From the IMG/VR virus record IMGVR_UViG_3300021139_000006, positions 6,646 through 70,645 of that record: 64,000 nt of DNA, one strand, 5' to 3'. This stretch comes from a virus (Duplodnaviria > Caudoviricetes). This document shows positions 58,483 through 64,000 of this stretch, one piece after another. The position numbers and the translations under genes are program-made. The first letter of the stretch is position 1. Each line of letters begins with the position of its first letter. A model generated the notes under the pieces. It searched no databases, was not told the DNA's origin, and saw only the letters and a program-made list of their open reading frames with translations.

Positions 58483-58590
58483 CCTTTTTTGATTGATTCT
58501 AGCCTCAAGGTTAGACTTTAGGTGTGTGAGTAGGGTGATTACCTTACTCTTTTATTTTCATGCCCTTAATGGGGCTTAAAACGAATCCGT

Positions 58591-58740
58591 ATGATTAAGA
58601 TTATTGGAGTATCCCTAATGGTACTGGGGATAATAATGTGCATACATAATAGAGTTGGGGGAGGAGTCGTAGCTTTTCTCCTGGGAGTATTGCTTGCTAT
58701 GGAAGGGGATGATGACGAAGGTTTACCACATGGGGTTTAA
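58591..58740 (+). CDS. Small two-TM membrane protein (49 aa)
   Basis: Manual translation MIKIIGVSLMVLGIIMCIHNRVGGGVVAFLLGVLLAMEGDDDEGLPHGV. Confidence 0.5.
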   Translation: MIKIIGVSLMVLGIIMCIHNRVGGGVVAFLLGVLLAMEGDDDEGLPHGV

Positions 58741-58825
58741 TGGGGGGAGGTTTTATATAAAATGGTAAAATAGTATTAATTTTTGGTAAGATCTGCTCAA
58801 AAAGCAGATACCCTCCCCTCCGCCT

Positions 58826-58850
58826 CCCACTTTTTACCACTTTTTCCCAC
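58826..58850. repeat. Three CCAC boxes at 10-bp spacing (MraZ-box-like)
   Basis: Reverse complement reads GTGGGAAAAAGTGGTAAAAAGTGGG. Confidence 0.6.
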
Positions 58851-58967
58851 CTATGCAAAAACTTTTTATATATCCATTCTACGGATATTCAATTCAGTAG
58901 AATAATATTCTATAAAACCTCCTCCTAGTAGTATTTTATTTTTTTAATTAAATAAAAAAAACAAGCT

Positions 58968-59330
58968 ATGCACAAGTATCGAGTAGGTCAAAAAGTGAAA
59001 GTAGTAGTAGAGAACCCTAACTACTCAAGTTATGCTCAAGGGGATGTAGTAGAAATAGTAAGTATTCTTTCCGGCACCTTTTACAGGTGTACTGAGGATG
59101 GTAGGTATTACATGAACATACAGGAAGAGTACTTAGAATCTGTAGACTTAATAACAATTCCATTACCTACTGATGGTGAACAAACTCAAGCCTTATTAAA
59201 GGAACTTGGGATGGAAGACCAGATGTTAAGGCAGCTAATTATGTCTATGCCTTTTGATATGGTTGAAACTCTGTATCTAGAAAGGAAGCGTATGAAATTG
59301 ATAAAGATTCAATTAAATTTTAAATTTTAA
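58968..59330 (+). CDS. Hypothetical protein with SH3/KOW-like N-terminus
   Basis: KYRVGQKVKVV. Confidence 0.55.
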   Translation: MHKYRVGQKVKVVVENPNYSSYAQGDVVEIVSILSGTFYRCTEDGRYYMNIQEEYLESVDLITIPLPTDGEQTQALLKELGMEDQMLRQLIMSMPFDMVETLYLERKRMKLIKIQLNFKF

Positions 59331-59341
59331 AAAAGTTAGTT

Positions 59342-59728
59342 ATGAAAAGAAGATGTGAATTTAATGTTTGGTTTTGGTATGTGTTAGGGATTATCCTCTC
59401 TTGTCTTTCGTTGGGGTTAGTCTTTTGGTTATTTTATGAGTACTTTTTCGAAAGGCACTATTGGTTTAATAGAAGGTTACTTTACAGGAGATTAAAGGAT
59501 GGCTACTATGAGGTGGTCTCTACCAGAATGATACCTTCGTACAATATTGAAGAACATAAGTTGAAAAATGGTTCCATTTGGGTTTACCTTGACCATGAAA
59601 AAGTTACCTTTAATGAAAGTAAAAATGACTATCCTGATTATGTAGGGTTGTTTACACAATCCCCTATTATGAAACGCTATAATAAAAAGATAATCAAATT
59701 ACTATATGAGAACAGACAAGTTCATTAG
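59342..59728 (+). CDS. Membrane protein
   Basis: N-terminal TM segment. Confidence 0.55.
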   Translation: MKRRCEFNVWFWYVLGIILSCLSLGLVFWLFYEYFFERHYWFNRRLLYRRLKDGYYEVVSTRMIPSYNIEEHKLKNGSIWVYLDHEKVTFNESKNDYPDYVGLFTQSPIMKRYNKKIIKLLYENRQVH

Positions 59729-59900
59729 GCTATTCAGGATGTCTCATGTCATAGAGAGTGAGATTTTATCTATTAATAGAAAGCTATGTAAGTCTCCCTC
59801 TGATAAGGTAGTTATTAGTTTGACTAAAAGATATGATAGTCTTTCCAGGAGGAGGTACATAGTTGATTTTCATAAACAAAAATTTAGTAGTATTCATTAA
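59706..59900 (+). CDS. Hypothetical protein
   Basis: Overlap packing. Confidence 0.4.
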   Translation: MRTDKFIRLFRMSHVIESEILSINRKLCKSPSDKVVISLTKRYDSLSRRRYIVDFHKQKFSSIH

Positions 59901-59919
59901 CAATTAAAAAAAAACAGTT

Positions 59920-60261
59920 ATGCGTAAAAAAGTTAAAGATTGGTTGATGGAATTACCTCAGCCTTATCGTAGTCAGGCATTGGATAATACCAATGTACCT
60001 AATGGTGATGGATGTGAATCACTTGCAGATGCTGTCAGTTGTGCATTTGTTTGGGATGATAGTCCAGAAGGACACGAGTATTGGATTAACCTAAGGGATA
60101 GGATAAAAGATGGATTACCTCTACTACCTACAGCTATCCAAATAGGTAATTTGATATCTGATATCATTAACCAGGATGGAGATGATTATACAGACGGAGA
60201 AGTGGTTGACCAGATAGTGGATTTACTTAATGGTTATGGTCTTTATTCAGCTCGTAAATAA
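59920..60261 (+). CDS. Hypothetical protein
   Basis: AFVWDDSPEGHEYW motif; A-rich start. Confidence 0.6.
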   Translation: MRKKVKDWLMELPQPYRSQALDNTNVPNGDGCESLADAVSCAFVWDDSPEGHEYWINLRDRIKDGLPLLPTAIQIGNLISDIINQDGDDYTDGEVVDQIVDLLNGYGLYSARK

Positions 60262-60300
60262 AAATTAAAAAGAATTTTTTAACAATTAAAACAAACAGAA

Positions 60301-60990
60301 ATGACAGATTACAAAGTAAAAGGTACAAAGTTACCTGGAATACCAAACGGTACAGAGTATAGAGCAGTAGGTTGGGGGTCATCAGACCCTAATGAAAAAT
60401 TATCACGTGGCTATGAGGTTCTTAGATCAATTAGCTATGGTAGCAAAGAGTTTGAAGGTGAGGTTTATATCTTAGCTGAGACACTTGTGTATACAGGTTC
60501 TAACTACTTCATGTTCAAAGAAAGTGATGTGATAGCTCTTGCCGAATCTGAAAGAGATACTATCATTGGCTATAAATTAATAAAAGAAGAATACAGAGAA
60601 GCAGCTATCAAGATTGCTTTGAGAAAGGAAAAGGATTTTATTAAGGACAGCTCAATCCACTTTACTCAGGGCAGTAGATCAAGAGAAAGACTAGAAGAAG
60701 CAGGCGTATTGAACTTATGGTTTAAACCTGTCTATGAAGAAAAGAACGAACGAACTATTACAGATAGCCAAGATAGAAAAGCTAAAATAATCAATCGTGA
60801 GTTACACGTGGCTGATGGTAAACTAACTTTAGCAGATTTGAAATCAGTATCTGAGAGATACTATGGTCTTGACTTAGGGGGTAAGCATTGGAGTGTTGAG
60901 CTTGTATCTGCTACATTCGACATAGGATGTTGGTCAGGTGTTACGCTTGAAGATATTAACAAAGCAATCGAAGCGATAGAATCATTTTAA
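60301..60990 (+). CDS. Modular hypothetical protein
   Basis: IIGYKLIKEEY..LEEAGVLNLWFKPVYEE module. Confidence 0.6.
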   Translation: MTDYKVKGTKLPGIPNGTEYRAVGWGSSDPNEKLSRGYEVLRSISYGSKEFEGEVYILAETLVYTGSNYFMFKESDVIALAESERDTIIGYKLIKEEYREAAIKIALRKEKDFIKDSSIHFTQGSRSRERLEEAGVLNLWFKPVYEEKNERTITDSQDRKAKIINRELHVADGKLTLADLKSVSERYYGLDLGGKHWSVELVSATFDIGCWSGVTLEDINKAIEAIESF

Positions 60991-61050
60991 AAATAAAGTT
61001 GCTAGATTGAAATTTATTCCTTATATTTAGTTAAATAAATAAAAAACGTT

Positions 61051-62010
61051 ATGAATAATCAAGTAAATTGGAAAGAGTTATTTAGTAGTGACAAAAATCT
61101 ATTTGTTTGTAAAACAGAAGAAGAAGCAGAGTATCTGTTACAAATAGCCCATGATTTAGGTTATAAATGGTCTAGCGGCGATTCATTTCTAGTAGTGACT
61201 TTATTTAGAGAAGAGGGTGTACATTATAGAATAAATACCGGACATAGCGGATATATAGAATCTCTTGACATAAGCGAAGAAGAAGGGGATACAGCATACT
61301 ATGTCGAAGAATTAATAAAACAAGATAAGATGAAAAGAGGTTTCACAAAACAAGAGTTTTTAAACAAAAAAGTAGCTATTGAATGGGAAAGTGATAAAGC
61401 AGTAAAGATAAATGCTTTCTTCAAAGAATGCCATAAAGACAACACCCGTGCTACGGGTCTTAGTAAATATTACTTCACTAGTTATACATCCAATCCAGGT
61501 TATTATGATGGACGTAATTCACTGGAAAAATTAGCTGAAGAAGGAATCACAGAAGTATACACAATTGATCAATTAATAAAAGAAACAACTATGGATACAC
61601 AAACAATCAGTAGACAAAATTTAGGTAAGATTTATCCTGAGGTATGTAGTAAATGGAAAGATAGAATAAATGCTGCATTAGCTGAACAGAAGTTTGCTAC
61701 AGATATAGAAGTAAGTGAAGAAGTTATAAAGGAAGCATTTAAAGAAGCAAACAGCGATCAAAAAACAGCATTACGGTACTACTTTAAAGAACCTAAACCT
61801 AGTTTCCAAGCCGAAGACTTGAAGATAGGAGAGATAATGAAGGTAACTGGAAATGTTGATGGTAGTGTAATAGGTAAACATATTATGAGAATTTATGATG
61901 GACTTGTGTGTCTAGAGAATCCAGGTCAAACTTGGAACAATGTAGACACCTGTACTATAGAAGGTACTAAGTTAGCAGCAGGTTCAGGTATTCTTGTAGT
62001 AGCAAAGTAA
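61051..62010 (+). CDS. Modular hypothetical protein
   Basis: CKTEEEAEYLL..GYKWSSG module plus further small domains. Confidence 0.6.
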   Translation: MNNQVNWKELFSSDKNLFVCKTEEEAEYLLQIAHDLGYKWSSGDSFLVVTLFREEGVHYRINTGHSGYIESLDISEEEGDTAYYVEELIKQDKMKRGFTKQEFLNKKVAIEWESDKAVKINAFFKECHKDNTRATGLSKYYFTSYTSNPGYYDGRNSLEKLAEEGITEVYTIDQLIKETTMDTQTISRQNLGKIYPEVCSKWKDRINAALAEQKFATDIEVSEEVIKEAFKEANSDQKTALRYYFKEPKPSFQAEDLKIGEIMKVTGNVDGSVIGKHIMRIYDGLVCLENPGQTWNNVDTCTIEGTKLAAGSGILVVAK

Positions 62011-62037
62011 AGAGAGGGGCAAAGCCCCTTTCTTATA
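62011..62037 (+). terminator. Intrinsic terminator
   Basis: AGGGGC-AAA-GCCCCT stem followed by TTCTT. Confidence 0.65.
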
Positions 62038-62057
62038 TTCATCTAAATAAATAAATT

Positions 62058-62429
62058 ATGATACATAGATTTTACAAAGACAACGAAGGTTGGTTTATTG
62101 ATTTACCCGAGTTCTTAGAACTAGGTTTAGGTGTTAAAGGTAACCTAGCAATGGTCGCAGGTGCAGATAGGATACTAGATGAGCTATCAGGTAATAGTGA
62201 CGAAGTAACCTTAGAGTTCTATGAGGAAGAATTTGAGGGTTTTGAACATCATATGATAATGGATGACATGGGTATGGATGAAGATATACTCAAGAAGTAT
62301 GGACATCCAATAGAGATAGGTGGGTACTATCATAGAGAGTCTGACGGGTTACAGATATGGTTATGCCCAGTTACTCGTTGGGTGTTCGGCGGTTATTACC
62401 CTTATGACATCTACCTTAAAGTAGTTTAG
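62058..62429 (+). CDS. Hypothetical protein (DUF6717-like)
   Basis: WFIDLP..MVAGAD..IWLCPVTRWVFG. Confidence 0.6.
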   Translation: MIHRFYKDNEGWFIDLPEFLELGLGVKGNLAMVAGADRILDELSGNSDEVTLEFYEEEFEGFEHHMIMDDMGMDEDILKKYGHPIEIGGYYHRESDGLQIWLCPVTRWVFGGYYPYDIYLKVV

Positions 62430-62465
62430 GTATTCATTTTTTTTAATAATTAAAAACAAACAGTT

Positions 62466-62864
62466 ATGACTATCTACGAAGAGATGCAAGAGCTGGCTAA
62501 GAAAAAACTACGAGCCGAAAAATCTGAACAGGAAGATTGTAATGTTATTCAACATGAGATTGCCCAGGAACTATATAGGTTCCTGAAGGATAGTGGCCTA
62601 TCAGTAGAGTTGGTTGCTGGCGGTTGTGTCTATGACATCTGTGTCACTATTGATGCAGATAACACGGGTACCGTAAGGGTATTCTACAAGAGTGTATCAA
62701 ACAAAAATGAAAAGCATAAGGTAGAATACTTGTCCCCTGTAATCTGTAATTCAATCATAGGGAGAAAAAGATGCTGGGTTTCTGTGTCATCTAATGAACA
62801 AATGTTAGACCTCATCAAGGGTGACATAGTGGATGTTTTCACTTACAAACTGAAAAATAAATAA
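62466..62864 (+). CDS. Hypothetical protein
   Basis: A-rich start context. Confidence 0.55.
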   Translation: MTIYEEMQELAKKKLRAEKSEQEDCNVIQHEIAQELYRFLKDSGLSVELVAGGCVYDICVTIDADNTGTVRVFYKSVSNKNEKHKVEYLSPVICNSIIGRKRCWVSVSSNEQMLDLIKGDIVDVFTYKLKNK

Positions 62865-63038
62865 CTATGCTTCCTATCGTATTTGAATTCAACCAGGACT
62901 ACCTAGCCTGCTCGGGCAGTATGGTGGAACAGTCAGGTTTATTTGTTTACATCCGGACTCTTTACCAAGAGGCGTGGATGGGTACTACATTTTTTATATC
63001 GATGAATTAGTATTTAAAAACAATCTAAATTAAATTTT

Positions 63039-63338
63039 ATGAGTAAAATTAAAAAGTCATCAAATGACTTTAAGAGTCTACCTAGTAATAATAGACTTGA
63101 TGGTATTCAGTATTTAGCTATGTTCCCTAATGGGTATGGAGCTTCAATAGTCATGAACCTATTCTCTTATGGTGGGAATGATGGATTATGGGAGTTAGCT
63201 GTCTTGGATGATGAGGGTGACCTTTGCTATGATACACCTATTACAGATGATGTGTTAGGGTATCTGACAGAAGATGATGTAGATGAGATTCTGGATAGGA
63301 TAGAAGAACTACCCCCTTGTGTTTCGAAGAATGTTTAG
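63039..63338 (+). CDS. Phage hypothetical protein
   Basis: [29 protein letters not shown]. Confidence 0.65.
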   Translation: MSKIKKSSNDFKSLPSNNRLDGIQYLAMFPNGYGASIVMNLFSYGGNDGLWELAVLDDEGDLCYDTPITDDVLGYLTEDDVDEILDRIEELPPCVSKNV

Positions 63339-63350
63339 TTTATATGTAAA

Positions 63351-63382
63351 AAAGCCTGTTCAACTGAGCAGGCTTTATTATT
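63351..63382 (+). terminator. Terminator-like hairpin
   Basis: AAAGCCTGTTCA/TGAGCAGGCTTT stem. Confidence 0.6.
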
Positions 63383-63403
63383 TAATCACTTAAAAAGTTT
63401 GTA

Positions 63404-63613
63404 ATGAAAAAGATGTATTACGTTGTGGAACGTCAATTAGAATCTGATGGTGAGTTTGACTATGCCACAGATACTAAAGATGTAACCTTGTATGTTTGGG
63501 ATTCTAATGTTAATGATTTAGTCTATGTAGGTGATTCAGAGTTAGCTGTAAAGACCAATGTATTAGAGTATTTACAAAAGCATTTTCCTGATAATGAATT
63601 TAAAAAATTGTAA
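63404..63613 (+). CDS. Hypothetical protein
   Basis: Tightly packed in operon. Confidence 0.5.
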   Translation: MKKMYYVVERQLESDGEFDYATDTKDVTLYVWDSNVNDLVYVGDSELAVKTNVLEYLQKHFPDNEFKKL

Positions 63614-63615
63614 TT

Positions 63616-63834
63616 ATGACGTACAGAATAATCTGGGAGGTGGAGTTAGATGCAGATAATCCTTTAGAAGCAGCTAAGGAAGCCTTAGACTACATAATAA
63701 ATGGTGAGGCAAGATTCTTTGAGGTCCGGCAGGAGTGGGACGATAAAGACAACCTTTTGGATAAGCCTGTAATCTATGGAGTAGATTTACTAGAGGGAGA
63801 AAATACAGTATTTTTAATTGAAGAAAATAAATAA
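63616..63834 (+). CDS. Hypothetical protein
   Basis: Tightly packed in operon. Confidence 0.5.
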   Translation: MTYRIIWEVELDADNPLEAAKEALDYIINGEARFFEVRQEWDDKDNLLDKPVIYGVDLLEGENTVFLIEENK

Positions 63835-63837
63835 GTT

Positions 63838-64000
63838 ATGCAAACAGAATACAATTTAGAATTCCTGTTAGAAAATACAGGATGTTATGAGAAAAGTAAA
63901 ATAGAAAGTCTCTTTCCAAAAGAAAGAGAAGTAGTTAGCTACAAGGATATATTGCAAAGCAATATTCCTCTTGAAGATAAGTACTGGTTCTTTTGCCATA
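63838..64000 (+). CDS. Hypothetical protein (partial, runs off the right edge)
   Basis: MQTEYNLEFLLENTGCY.. is open to the window end. Confidence 0.5.
   Translation, partial: MQTEYNLEFLLENTGCYEKSKIESLFPKEREVVSYKDILQSNIPLEDKYWFFCH

Noticed and set aside
1-64000. Alternative genetic code (stop-codon recoding)
   Set aside because: Core genes are full-length and densely packed under the standard code, with TAA, TAG and TGA all used as stops

Overview
The window is a 64-kb segment of a large T4-like (gp23/gp20/gp17/gp55-type) dsDNA phage. The host is probably a Bacteroidota member, inferred from repeated TAnnTTTG promoters and A-rich starts without Shine-Dalgarno sequences. Bases 1-45488 are almost all on the minus strand. 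They carry head genes (capsid, scaffold, protease, intein-containing portal, terminase and a degenerate terminase paralog), putative capsid-packaged proteins, primase, baseplate and tail genes, lysis genes, a gp55-like sigma factor and an HD protein. From about 45700 the genes switch to the plus strand and are mostly small early or accessory genes. The strongest novelty candidate is an ORF-free, densely base-paired ~890-nt region (54660-55547) with G-U-supported stems, internal duplications and a tRNA-like T-arm, directly downstream of an orphan 242-aa gene. Other candidates are a second hairpin array (18411-18690), two kissing-loop leaders before replication-type genes, a late promoter that is the reverse complement of the T4 one, and MraZ-box-like repeats. 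All family calls come from motifs read by eye; no searches or folding programs were run.
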